Source: Candidatus Lustribacter sp. (GTDB taxonomy: Bacteria > Vulcanimicrobiota > Vulcanimicrobiia > Vulcanimicrobiales > Vulcanimicrobiaceae). From it: DNA of 64,000 nt. Positions 49,528 to 58,579 of the stretch are shown one piece after another. Numbering within the stretch: the first letter of the stretch is position 1; every line of letters starts with the position of its first letter. The position numbers were made by a program, and so were the translations under genes. The notes beneath the pieces were generated by a model. The model did not search any database, had not been told where the DNA came from, and was given only the letters and a program-made list of their open reading frames with translations. Location: the NCBI GenBank assembly GCA_965277805.1, contig OZ255842.1, forward strand, positions 2,048,001-2,112,000, given 5' to 3'.

Positions 49528-49573
49528 CGACGTTCCTGAACGGTCTTCTCGCAGCGCCTCGGAGTTCTACTGA

Positions 49574-50764
49574 ATGCCGTCACTAGCGAAGCTCTCGGAG
49601 TCCACTCGCAACTCCGTTTTGACCCTGCCGGTCGACCTCCACGAGTCGAGCCCGTTCACGCGGCCCAAGAAGCCACTCAGCCAATCGCGGGTCGCGATCG
49701 TCACGACGGCCGGATTACACCGCCGCGACGACCGGCCGTTTACCGGCGGGGATCCGACCTTCCGAGCCATACCCTCAGGAACGCCGGCGTCAGAGATCGT
49801 GCAAAGCCACACCAGCATCGGGTTCGACCGGACCGCCGTGCTCGAGGACATCAACGTCGTTTTTCCGATCGAGCGGTTGCGCGAGATGCTTTCGGCGGGT
49901 CGCATCGGGGAGTTGGCGCCGACCTTCTATTCGTTCATGGGCGCGCAGCGTGACTGGTCACCGATCAGGGAGCGAACGGGACCCGAAGTTGCGAACCTGT
50001 TGGTCGGCGATGGTGTCGACGTCGTCTTACTTACACCAACTTGACCACTTTGCACGAACACGGTCAGTGTTCTCTCACGGGTCTTGGAAGAAAACGGGCT
50101 CACGACGGTCGCTTTGAGTCTGATCCGCGAACACACGGAAAAAGTGAAGCCTCCGCGCGCCGTGTACGTTCCCTTTCCGTTGGGTCTGCCGGTCGGTCAT
50201 CCCGGAAACGTTTCCGAACAGGAGGCCGTCTTGGACTTGGCATTTTCCACTCTCGATGCCGCCAGCGGCCCCGTGCTGCTCGACTATCGCGATGACTCGG
50301 CAGCCGAGGAGGCCGGCTCGCCGCTTCAGGCCTCCGACGTCGATGCGGACGAGCAGGCTCGGACGGCTGACTTCGCTACGGAAGTGACGTTGATGCGGCG
50401 CTATTGGGAGCAGCACGTCGCGGCGACCGGCCGCACCGGCGTCGGCTTATCGAACGTCCCGCCGCAGCGGTTCCGCGGCGTCGTGCGGTTTCTCGAAGCT
50501 CTTCTCACCGATCAAACGGCCGACTCGGACGAACGGCCGGCGGAGGTGCCGAGACCGCTGTTCATCCGGACGTGCCTCGAGGACCTACGCGTGATGTACA
50601 GTGAAGCGCGCTTGCAAACGCATCCACATGAGTCAAGTCAAGACCGGCAACGTTGGTTGCTCGGCTCGACCGCGCTCGGGCTCATGCTGCGCAGCCTGCG
50701 CGATACCTTCGACGCCTCGACCGATCCGCAGTTCAAAGCGCTCGCCTTCGGTATCGCGCGCTGA
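49574..50764 (+). CDS. PrdB/GrdB-family selenoprotein (396 aa, Sec157, UxxC) with a C-terminal extension
   Basis: Two same-frame ORFs joined by TGA 50042-50044: VLLTPT-U-PLCTNTVSVLSRVLEENGLTT; family motifs on both sides (KPLSQSRVAIVTTAG, DINVVFPIERL; KPPRAVYVPFPLG); the in-window paralog has Cys here. Confidence 0.85.
50045..50072 (+). promoter_or_regulatory. Candidate bacterial SECIS element
   Basis: Stem GAACAC/GTGTTC (50056-61/50067-72) with GGTCA loop starting 17 nt after the UGA. Confidence 0.65.
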
Positions 50765-50768
50765 TTCG

Positions 50769-51152
50769 ATGGAAGAACAGGAGCGGTTCTCATCCTTACA
50801 CACATGGGCACGGCGCGCGGGAGACGTCGTGACGGTCGGTATCAGCGCCTACGCCGAACATCAATTGGGTGAGCTGCAATACGTCGGTCTACCGCGCGTC
50901 GGCTCTGCCGTTGTGAAAGACCAGTGCTTCGGTGAGGCTGAATCGACGAAGACCGTTTCCGACCTCTACGCTCCGTGCAGCGGCACCGTCGTTGCGGTCA
51001 ACTCCGAACTCATTGCCGATCCTGCGCTGGTCAATCGCGATCCGTATGGCGCGGGGTGGATAATACTGGTTGAGCCGTCGCAGCCCGGGGAATTCCACGA
51101 ATTGCTCGACCAGCCGGCGTACGACGCGTTCGTCGCCACGCAGGAGCATTGA
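50769..51152 (+). CDS. gcvH: Glycine-cleavage H-protein-like lipoyl carrier
   Basis: HTWAR, VGISAYA..QLG, lipoyl-Lys motif ESTKTVSDLYAP, VNRDPYGAGW. Confidence 0.9.
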   Translation: MEEQERFSSLHTWARRAGDVVTVGISAYAEHQLGELQYVGLPRVGSAVVKDQCFGEAESTKTVSDLYAPCSGTVVAVNSELIADPALVNRDPYGAGWIILVEPSQPGEFHELLDQPAYDAFVATQEH

Positions 51153-51206
51153 GGCATCCAAGCTATGCTTTCAACCTAAGATGATAAGCGAGGGGGCTTG
51201 TACCAC

Positions 51207-51400
51207 GTGCTAAGATCCACATTCGTCTCTTCCAGTCTGAGCCTAACGGCAGCGGCGGAATTGCCGCTGCCGGTAGGCGCCCAATCTGTCGCGTTCGCTC
51301 CAGATGCCACCCGAAGCCGTCGGGCAGAGGTGGTTACGACAATGAACCTTGCGCGCCCGGGCGTTTCGCAGGCGTGGATCCCCTTGCCGTCAGTGAGCGC
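51207..51400 (+). pseudogene. Possible N-terminal remnant of a secreted (transglutaminase-like) protein
   Basis: Degenerate signal peptide, then EVVTT...SQAWIPLPSV, then no continuation. Confidence 0.3.
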
Positions 51401-51544
51401 CCTAGCCGTTCTTGATGTATCCTCAAGCCGTGAACGCGGGCATCGCCTGCGACTGCCTCGATCCAAAGGCTGTCGCTTATTCGATCACGGTAACGGCCTA
51501 GTTTCTCTCTTCGAAGGCGACGCGACGTTCCCGAGGTACTCAAC

Positions 51545-52516
51545 ATGTCCGCTGCAATCCATTCGCTCGATCACTTTAGCTTCGCCGTCCCTGACGTAGC
51601 CGCCGCGGCTGCGTTCTACGAACGCTTCGGCCTCGATGTCCGCTCGGAAGGTACGGGTTTCACGCTGCGCGCGAGCGGCAGCGATCACGTTTGGGGTCGC
51701 ATTTACGAAGGCCCGCGAAAAGCCATCGGTTACCTCTCGTTCGGCGCGTACGAGCACGATATGCCGCAACTGCGCAAGCAAGTCGCCGGATGCGGAGTGG
51801 CGTTACTGCCGGCTCCGAAACGTGCCGTCGACGATGGCGGGGTGTGGTTCGAGGATCCGGACGGGACACTAATAGAGATTCGCGTCGGTCCGAAGGTCTC
51901 GCCTGACGTAAAAGCTGCGCTGAGCGCGACGTTTGCCCCGCCCGATGTCGCTGGTGCGCCCATGCGCTCCGACGCCAAGACGGTGCGGCCCGACCGTCTT
52001 TCGCACGTGCTCGTGTTCACGAGCGATGTCTCGCGCGCGATCGACTTTTATCGCGAGACCGTTGGCATGCAGCTCTCCGATCGGGCTCGGGACGGCATCG
52101 GGTTCATGCACGGCGCACACGGCAGCGACCATCACCTCGTCGCATTCGCGAAATCTGACGCTCGCGGATTTCATCATTGCAGTTGGAACGTAGCTTCGGT
52201 GAGCGATGTCGGCCTAGGTGCGATGCAAATGGCCGATGCGGGATACACTCGCGGGTGGGGAATGGGGCGGCACGTACTCGGGTCAAACTATTTTGACTAC
52301 ATCCGCGACCCGTGGGGAAGCTACTCCGAATATTCCTACGATATCGATTTCGTCACTCCGGGAGCGGTTGCGAAAGGCACGTGGAAAGCGACCGACGCAT
52401 CGCCCGAAAATGGCTTCTACTTGTGGGGGCCGTTGCCACCTGACGATTTCGCCTTTAATTACGAGTCGCCGTCGGCCGAATTACAACGGGACCTCGTCGC
52501 AAGCGAACCGCGGTAA
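51545..52516 (+). CDS. Two-domain VOC extradiol dioxygenase-like protein
   Basis: C-domain ligands LSHVL, HHCSW, GRHVLGSNYFDYIRDPWGSYSEY; GAGG SD. Confidence 0.88.
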   Translation: MSAAIHSLDHFSFAVPDVAAAAAFYERFGLDVRSEGTGFTLRASGSDHVWGRIYEGPRKAIGYLSFGAYEHDMPQLRKQVAGCGVALLPAPKRAVDDGGVWFEDPDGTLIEIRVGPKVSPDVKAALSATFAPPDVAGAPMRSDAKTVRPDRLSHVLVFTSDVSRAIDFYRETVGMQLSDRARDGIGFMHGAHGSDHHLVAFAKSDARGFHHCSWNVASVSDVGLGAMQMADAGYTRGWGMGRHVLGSNYFDYIRDPWGSYSEYSYDIDFVTPGAVAKGTWKATDASPENGFYLWGPLPPDDFAFNYESPSAELQRDLVASEPR

Positions 52517-52734
52517 GCGTGCGTCAAAAATGTAACGATGCGGCGATTTAGCGGTGCCAGCAGAACAATGAGCGGAATCATCGCTAACCAGGCAAAGAGC
52601 CATGCGCGGACCCATAGCAAGAACGTTGACTGCAAATGCAATAAGAGTCCTGTTGCGATCGCGGCTGTGACCGCTGTTGTTGCGCCGGACTGAATGGTTC
52701 CAAAAAGTAAATCAGCGTAACGCTTGTTGATCAT
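52459..52734 (-). CDS. Small membrane protein, DUF2798-like
   Basis: Two hydrophobic helices; QSG.T...A...W..AWL.AW..M.P......AP..RR pattern. Confidence 0.6.
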   Translation of the reverse strand: MINKRYADLLFGTIQSGATTAVTAAIATGLLLHLQSTFLLWVRAWLFAWLAMIPLIVLLAPLNRRIVTFLTHAYRGSLATRSRCNSADGDS

Positions 52735-52790
52735 GCGCTCGTTCCAAGTCGCCAGCTGGCGTAAATTTTGTCTGCCCAATCGTACTGGCC

Positions 52791-53738
52791 TCAACCCGGA
52801 AAAATGAGCTCGGACGCTGGGAAGGCCGGAAATTTTTGGTACTTGGCGGCTAGATCGATCGACGGTTGAAGCTGCCCGGTCGCGAGCTTTTCGGCGAATG
52901 TCGCGCGGTGGACGTGGGCGACGAATTCCGGATCTTGCTTGAGCTTGCTGGCCACGATTGGTACGACTTTATCGGGATTTGCCTTCGCCCAGGCGGCCGA
53001 TTCGACCATGACGCGCGCAAATCGCGCGACGAGATCGGTATGCGCCTTCGCCCAGGTAGCTGTCGCGCACCATGCCGTTACTAGGTAGGGCGGTGCGAGA
53101 ACTTCGTCTCCTGACGTGAGCAACTTCGCTTGCCCCTTCTGGATTGCGATCGTGAAGAATGGCTCATTGAGCCACCCCGCATCGGCGCGTCCCGCAGCAA
53201 GGGTATCACCAATTGCGGGAAACGGGACCTCGAGAAACTTGATCGTGGCCGAATCACCGCCATTCTTGTCCATCCAAGCTCGCGGTATGAACTCGGCTAG
53301 CGATCCGAGTCCCGGAATCGCGATCGTCTTGCCCTGGAGGTCTCCTGGGCCCTTGATCGCCGAGTTCGGTGGCACGACGATCCCGCCCTGAACGAGGCCC
53401 TTTTCGACATCTCCTTGCGGCCCGACGATCACGAACGGCAGTCCCTTGGCATGGGCCAGTGCAAGATTCGTGATCGTCGCGTTCCCGATGTCGAACGTTC
53501 CAGCGAGTATCGCCGGCAAGATAGCCGCTCCGGTTGATAGCTGACCTATCTCCGCGCTGATCCCGGCCTTCGCAAAAAAGCCGTTCGCCTCGGCGTAATA
53601 CGGCTGGCACCCGGGCTCGATCGGGACAACTGCGACCTTCACCAACGGAAGGTCGACGGCGCGAGCGACGCCCCTGACACTTGGAAGAGCGAACGCTCCG
53701 GCTATAGCTTGTGCGGCTCGGTGGCGGGTGATGTTCAC
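52791..53738 (-). CDS. ABC solute-binding protein, NMT1/SsuA type
   Basis: YYAEANGFFAKAGI, DLQGKTIA, WMDKNGGD, NEPF. Confidence 0.88.
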   Translation of the reverse strand: MNITRHRAAQAIAGAFALPSVRGVARAVDLPLVKVAVVPIEPGCQPYYAEANGFFAKAGISAEIGQLSTGAAILPAILAGTFDIGNATITNLALAHAKGLPFVIVGPQGDVEKGLVQGGIVVPPNSAIKGPGDLQGKTIAIPGLGSLAEFIPRAWMDKNGGDSATIKFLEVPFPAIGDTLAAGRADAGWLNEPFFTIAIQKGQAKLLTSGDEVLAPPYLVTAWCATATWAKAHTDLVARFARVMVESAAWAKANPDKVVPIVASKLKQDPEFVAHVHRATFAEKLATGQLQPSIDLAAKYQKFPAFPASELIFPG

Positions 53739-54634
53739 GGTGTGAATGCGCTCGGAAAGATATGAAGCATGACGATTTTCCGAGCGGCTTCAGAACTTCT
53801 TTGGTAGCACGTCTGCAGCGTTACTTTCATGCCGTCACCTTTGGCGTTGCAACATGAGGCTTGGCTAAGATAATTGCCCGGACCGTTCACTGTTGGAGAA
53901 AGTACCATCCGCGCGTTTGTAGCATAGGAATCTCGACAATATGAAGTGGAGTGGAAGTCCTAGTAGTCCCACTACCCCTCGCATAAGCCAGCTTGATCGC
54001 GCAACGTCAGCACGATGCGTTGAGCGCTCGGGCTCACATTCAGTCGGATGGGATGATCGTCGAGTGGGTGGCGACGGCTGCGCAGGTGACCGACGGACGG
54101 CGGCCGTTGCGGTCGCGTCGCGCGGACGTGCGCGCGAAGGGATGCAGGACGGCCTGTGCTTAAAGCGCGCTCGAAGGTCGAACTATTCCAGCTCGCGCAG
54201 TGTTGCCACGAACGCTTGAGCCGCTTGCAGAGTCATACCATGAAGCATCAGAATGACGACATTCAGTTCATCGTCTTGCACCGAAGACGCATGTGCGATG
54301 TTCTCTGAGCCGCCCATAATGTTGCCAAGAGCCCGCCCAAATGCAGAGCTCCAACCATTGTTGATTGCGGTTTGGCGGACTAGCCGCTTATACCATTTAA
54401 GCATGGAGGCCGCGCAGGACCAGTCCGAACAGTCGCTGCGTTTTAACTTGAGTCAAGATTTACGCCTTTGCGCGATGTTGCGCGACTACTTCGCTTGGGA
54501 ACGAATCGAACCTCGGTCTGCCTCACCAACACGGTGAGGTTTCGCCTCGGGCCGTGGCGCTAAATTCAAGAACAGCGTGACTACTCCGGATCCACGCTCA
54601 TCACGGGCAATGCGGTCCGAAATGGCGCGATGCC

Positions 54635-55492
54635 CTAATCGCCTTCTGACACTTCCCCGCGACGATCGCGAAGCCGCACTAGTCGCTGAAGCGCGCTGCT
54701 GCTTTCCTCATCAACGGGCGTCTGCAGGAACACCATGACCCCCGGAAGTGCGGGCGGCTCCAGCGTCATGGACCTCACCGCGATCGGTCCGGCGGCCGTT
54801 TCGAAAGTGATCGGCGTCGCCGGACCACGGCCCACGATCTTTTCCGACCACGCGCGCGTGAAGTCGGGTGAATCGGCGAGCGCGTCTAGCAGCTCGTCGA
54901 TACGCGCATCCGCACCGTGACGCGCGTACAATGAGCGAAAGATGGCCACCGGACCGAGCGACATCTCGTCCCAGCTCCGCACGATATGGCGGAGCGCCGG
55001 ATCCTTGAACATGCGCCAGATGTGATTGTTGGCTTTCCAATCGGTTGCGTCGCTGAACTCGTAGAGGGCCGCCGTGCGCCGATTCCAGGCAAGGTGATCC
55101 ATGCGGGCGTTGACCGCGAACGCGCTGCCGGTGAACGCGTGCAGCATCGCCTGGACATCGGCCGGAACCGCGGTGACCAGCTCGCCCCACGGCACGATCT
55201 GCCGTTCGGCCAGGCCGAAGACATAGCCCGACTCTTCCGGCGAAAGGCGCAGCACGCGAGAAATCCGCGTAAGGACTTCGGACGAGGGGCGTACTGGGCG
55301 CCCTTGCTCGAGCCAGGTGTACCAAACGACGCCAATGTGCGCCAGGCTGGCCACCTCCTCGCGACGCAAGCCACGCGCGATCCGGCGCGCACCTCGCTCT
55401 AAGCCGGCAGCCTCTGGCGCGATCGCCTGGCGCCGCGAGCGCAAGAACATGCCGAGCTCTTTGCGACGTGCGGCCGGGTCATCAGAATTCAT
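54635..55492 (-). CDS. XRE-family (HTH_31 + MmyB ligand-binding) regulator
   Basis: RRKELGMFLRSRR, GLRREEVASLA.IGVVWYTWLEQGR...PS, AWN. Confidence 0.92.
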   Translation of the reverse strand: MNSDDPAARRKELGMFLRSRRQAIAPEAAGLERGARRIARGLRREEVASLAHIGVVWYTWLEQGRPVRPSSEVLTRISRVLRLSPEESGYVFGLAERQIVPWGELVTAVPADVQAMLHAFTGSAFAVNARMDHLAWNRRTAALYEFSDATDWKANNHIWRMFKDPALRHIVRSWDEMSLGPVAIFRSLYARHGADARIDELLDALADSPDFTRAWSEKIVGRGPATPITFETAAGPIAVRSMTLEPPALPGVMVFLQTPVDEESSSALQRLVRLRDRRGEVSEGD

Positions 55493-55506
55493 GACAGCTC
55501 TTTGAG

Positions 55507-55529
55507 GAGTACTCGCAGTACTAGTACTG
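55507..55529. promoter_or_regulatory. Probable operator of the XRE/MmyB regulator
   Basis: Perfect palindrome CAGTACTAGTACTG (55516-55529) plus GAGTACTC (55507-55514) between divergent genes. Confidence 0.6.
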
Positions 55530-55599
55530 TTTCTTGCCTTTGTGGCGGCCGCACTCCTGTGCTACAAAGCCTCGGACGGTACTTGCGGGGGATGCGCTC

Positions 55600-56607
55600 A
55601 TGACTGATTCCGGCACATTTTCGCTTGCCAAAGCCCGCGCATTGCTTTCGCGCGCCGTAGCAAAATGCGAGGCCTTTGGGCAATCCGGCACCTTCGTCGT
55701 CGTCGACGCCTCGGGCGCTCCGGTGAGCGTGGCGCGTATGGACGGCTGCGCCCCCTCGGCGCTGCCGCTGGTTCGTGCGAAGGCGTTCGCCACCGCCGCG
55801 AACGGCGAGCCGAGCGCGCTCTTCGCCGCACGCATGGAGAAGTTCGGTCCCCACACGTTTGCGAGCTATCAGGCCGTTCTGCGCGACCAGCCGTTTCCGG
55901 GCGCCGGCGGTGTACCGGTGCGGGAGAACGGGAGGATCGTCGGAGCGATTGCGACCGGCCTGCGCATCGGGCCGTTCGTCAAGTTGCCCGGCATCTCGCC
56001 GTCGCAACTGATCGCCGACGGCAAGCCGGGCAATCTCGAGGATACGATCATCAGCTACGCGCTCGGCGTACCGTACAATCCGCAGCACGGCGATGACGCT
56101 GCGCGCTGGACCGAAGCCTATGGCGCGCCGCCGGACCCGGCGGAAAAAGGAACGGCCATGGACCCGGTTCCGGAAGCGAGCGCGCAACCCGAACTCGCGC
56201 GCGCGCGCGCAATTGCCGATCGCGTGATCGCGCGCGCCACGGAAAAGGGCGCGCGCGTGGCCGTTGCGGTTGTCGATGCGGCCGGCGATGCCGTCACGCT
56301 CGATCGCATGGACGGCGCGCCGCCGATGGGGGTCGACGTCGCCGCAGCCACCGCGACCGCCGCCGTCAATTTTGGCATGGCGTCGGGGGCGATCGCAGCC
56401 GACCGCCACTATTCGAGCGTTCTCGACAGCGTGCTCACAACCGTCCCATACCGGATGCTGACGTTGCCCGGCGGATGTCCGATTCGCAGCGGAACGGCGG
56501 TGCTCGCTGCCATCGGTGTGTATTGTCATGATCTCGACCTCGCCGCCGAGCTTGCGCAGAGTGCGGCGGATTGGGTCTTACCGCAATTCGAAGGAAGTGG
56601 TCAATGA
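55600..56607 (+). CDS. Tandem GlcG/HbpS domain protein (paralog of 46806..47810)
   Basis: RMDGC..AKAFATA and RMDGAPP; shared IISYA.G..Y.PQHGDD..RW..AYG linker. Confidence 0.82.
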   Translation: MTDSGTFSLAKARALLSRAVAKCEAFGQSGTFVVVDASGAPVSVARMDGCAPSALPLVRAKAFATAANGEPSALFAARMEKFGPHTFASYQAVLRDQPFPGAGGVPVRENGRIVGAIATGLRIGPFVKLPGISPSQLIADGKPGNLEDTIISYALGVPYNPQHGDDAARWTEAYGAPPDPAEKGTAMDPVPEASAQPELARARAIADRVIARATEKGARVAVAVVDAAGDAVTLDRMDGAPPMGVDVAAATATAAVNFGMASGAIAADRHYSSVLDSVLTTVPYRMLTLPGGCPIRSGTAVLAAIGVYCHDLDLAAELAQSAADWVLPQFEGSGQ

Positions 56608-57809
56608 TAGAACAGGATCGCATCGACATCGACATCGCTCCGCTCACCGATCCTGGCACGGTCGACTATGTCCACACCGGCCCCGGCACCTTGGCCGGCA
56701 CCTACTTACGGCGCTTTTGGCACCCCGTCTATTGCAGCCGTAACCTCGAGCCCGGCTTCGCTAAGCCGCTGACGATCATGAGCCAGAAATTGGCGCTGTA
56801 CCGCAGCCAGGAAGGCCAGGTCCACTGCGTCGACAACCGCTGTGCGCATCGCGGCGCGATGCTCAGCACGGGCTGGGTCGAGGGCGACGTCATCCGCTGC
56901 CCCTATCATGGCTGGGCGTACGGGGCCGATGGCAGGTGCGTGGAGCAGCCGATGGAACGAGCGACATTCGCCAAGCATATTCGCATCGGCGGCTACCCGA
57001 CGCAAGAATATCTCGGCTTCATCTGGCTCTATCTCGGCAACGGCGAACCGCCCCCGTTTATACGCTATCCCGAATGGGAGAATGCGCCCTTCGTTTCCGC
57101 TCAGATCGACACGCGGCCATGCAATTGGTTTCAGAACATCGAGAACTATCAAGACGAAGCTCACGTTTGGTTCACGCACAAGCGCTCCGCGCTCGAAGGC
57201 CTCGATCTGAACCATCTGCCGCAGCTCTCGTGTGAGAAAACGCCCTGGGGCTTGCGTATGATCGCAAAGAAACAGGACGGCAACGACCGCATCGTGCAGT
57301 TCGGTATGCCCAACATCTGCATGTTCGCCGTGCATCCGGACAACATTAAACGCCAGGGCGAAGAACGCAACGCCGACGAGACAGCGTGGCAGATGTTCCT
57401 CGACTACCGGGTGCCGGTGGACGATTTCTCGCATCTGCAAGTGCACTGTATCGCGACGTTCATGAACGGGACGCCCAGCGAAGAGTACAAGAAGCGCTGG
57501 AAAGACTTCGCGAACGCCGAAGCCGAGGCCCACGAGGTCGCGCAGAAAGTGCTGCGCGGCGAACTCCAGTACGATAGGATCGCCGAAATATGCCACCACG
57601 TGCCACTTGCGCAAGACGAAGTTGTGCAAGTGGGCCAGGGCGTCATTGCGGATCGCCGGCGCGGCATCGAAAATCTGGGCTCGACGGACGTCGGCGTCGT
57701 CGCGATCCGGCGACTGTATACGCAGGAGCTCACGGCGCTGGCCGAAGGCCGGCCGCTCGGGAATTTCGAGCGGCCGGAGGGACTGTTGCCCAAAGGCGGC
57801 GGCGACTAA
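56604..57809 (+). CDS. Rieske oxygenase alpha subunit (paralog of 45601..46809)
   Basis: HTGPGTLAG.YLRRFWHP, CAHR...CPYHGW, ENYQDEAHVWFTH; shared FGMPNI..F.VHPDNI and CHHV..AQD. Confidence 0.9.
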   Translation: MIEQDRIDIDIAPLTDPGTVDYVHTGPGTLAGTYLRRFWHPVYCSRNLEPGFAKPLTIMSQKLALYRSQEGQVHCVDNRCAHRGAMLSTGWVEGDVIRCPYHGWAYGADGRCVEQPMERATFAKHIRIGGYPTQEYLGFIWLYLGNGEPPPFIRYPEWENAPFVSAQIDTRPCNWFQNIENYQDEAHVWFTHKRSALEGLDLNHLPQLSCEKTPWGLRMIAKKQDGNDRIVQFGMPNICMFAVHPDNIKRQGEERNADETAWQMFLDYRVPVDDFSHLQVHCIATFMNGTPSEEYKKRWKDFANAEAEAHEVAQKVLRGELQYDRIAEICHHVPLAQDEVVQVGQGVIADRRRGIENLGSTDVGVVAIRRLYTQELTALAEGRPLGNFERPEGLLPKGGGD

Positions 57810-58192
57810 TGCCGGTTTCCAAAGAGGACATCCTTGAAGCCGGTAAAGGCATGCTGCAAAAGCAGTATTACGTCGTCTTCAGCACGCCGACGAACGGTAT
57901 CGGTCCCGTGATGGAAAATCTCGAGGCGCACCTCGCGCATCAATGTAAGATCGAGGCCGACGGCATTATGGTGGCGGCCGGACCGCACTGGACGGATGAC
58001 GAGACGCAGTGGGAGGGCGACGGGATGTTCGTCATCCGCGCACGGGACCTCGTGCACGCAAAGGAGCTTGCGGCGAGCGATCCGATGCACAAATGCGGAG
58101 CGCGGTCGTTCAAAGTCCGCCCGTGGCTGGTGTGCGAAGGCGGCTTTACCATACGGATCACGTTTTCGGACGGCAAATTCGCACTCGAGTAA
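57809..58192 (+). CDS. YciI-family protein (copy 2)
   Basis: 108/127 aa identical to 49144..49527 by manual alignment; TAATG coupling. Confidence 0.88.
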   Translation: MPVSKEDILEAGKGMLQKQYYVVFSTPTNGIGPVMENLEAHLAHQCKIEADGIMVAAGPHWTDDETQWEGDGMFVIRARDLVHAKELAASDPMHKCGARSFKVRPWLVCEGGFTIRITFSDGKFALE

Positions 58193-58223
58193 CGTCGCGC
58201 TCATCGGCGGAAAGTGAAGGCTC

Positions 58224-58577
58224 ATGCTCTACCTCAGAATGTGTTTTGACAGTCCCGGTAAGGAACAGCTCCGCGATGCCACGCGGTCGGAGCACCGCGC
58301 CTACCTCGTCCCATTTCTGGCCCCCGGCGGGGACGTCCACATCGTTCAGGCCGGTCCCATGTGCGGCAGCGATGAGAGCGATCAGAACGTGGGCAGCTTT
58401 TTCGTCGTCGAAGCCACGTCGATAAAGGCGGTCGAGGCCTTTCACGCCGGCGATCCGTTCACGCAAAAAGGCGTGTTCGGAAACGCGACGGTCGTGCGGT
58501 GGGATCGGCACATCGACAGTAGCAGCGAATCGCACGCGACGTTCGCCGCACAAAACGCCCGGCCGGCTGTCGGATAA
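58224..58577 (+). CDS. YciI-family protein, canonical type
   Basis: D.PG..QLR..TR.EHRAYL, AGP, GSFFVVEA, DPFT..GVF. Confidence 0.85.
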   Translation: MLYLRMCFDSPGKEQLRDATRSEHRAYLVPFLAPGGDVHIVQAGPMCGSDESDQNVGSFFVVEATSIKAVEAFHAGDPFTQKGVFGNATVVRWDRHIDSSSESHATFAAQNARPAVG

Positions 58578-58579
58578 CG

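Noticed and set aside
50042-50044. TGA as a nonsense mutation, or two separate genes
   Set aside because: It falls on the catalytic UxxC/CxxC column, both halves are intact and a SECIS-like hairpin follows; selenocysteine is the simpler reading, pending sel genes
49574-51152. Canonical glycine/proline reductase or glycine cleavage system
   Set aside because: No prdA, grdA/C/D/E, trx, gcvT or gcvP in the window, and the context is aerobic oxygenases
53740-54630. Possible ncRNA or small gene (ORF 54183..54404)
   Set aside because: No recognisable structure, motif or convincing start; possibly a gene remnant, but not supportable
92-57629. Long antisense ORFs (e.g. 92..973, 9638..10726, 13914..15098, 32590..33921, 34574..35662, 47025..48071, 56706..57629)
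   Set aside because: Shadows of high-GC genes on the opposite strand with no recognisable motifs
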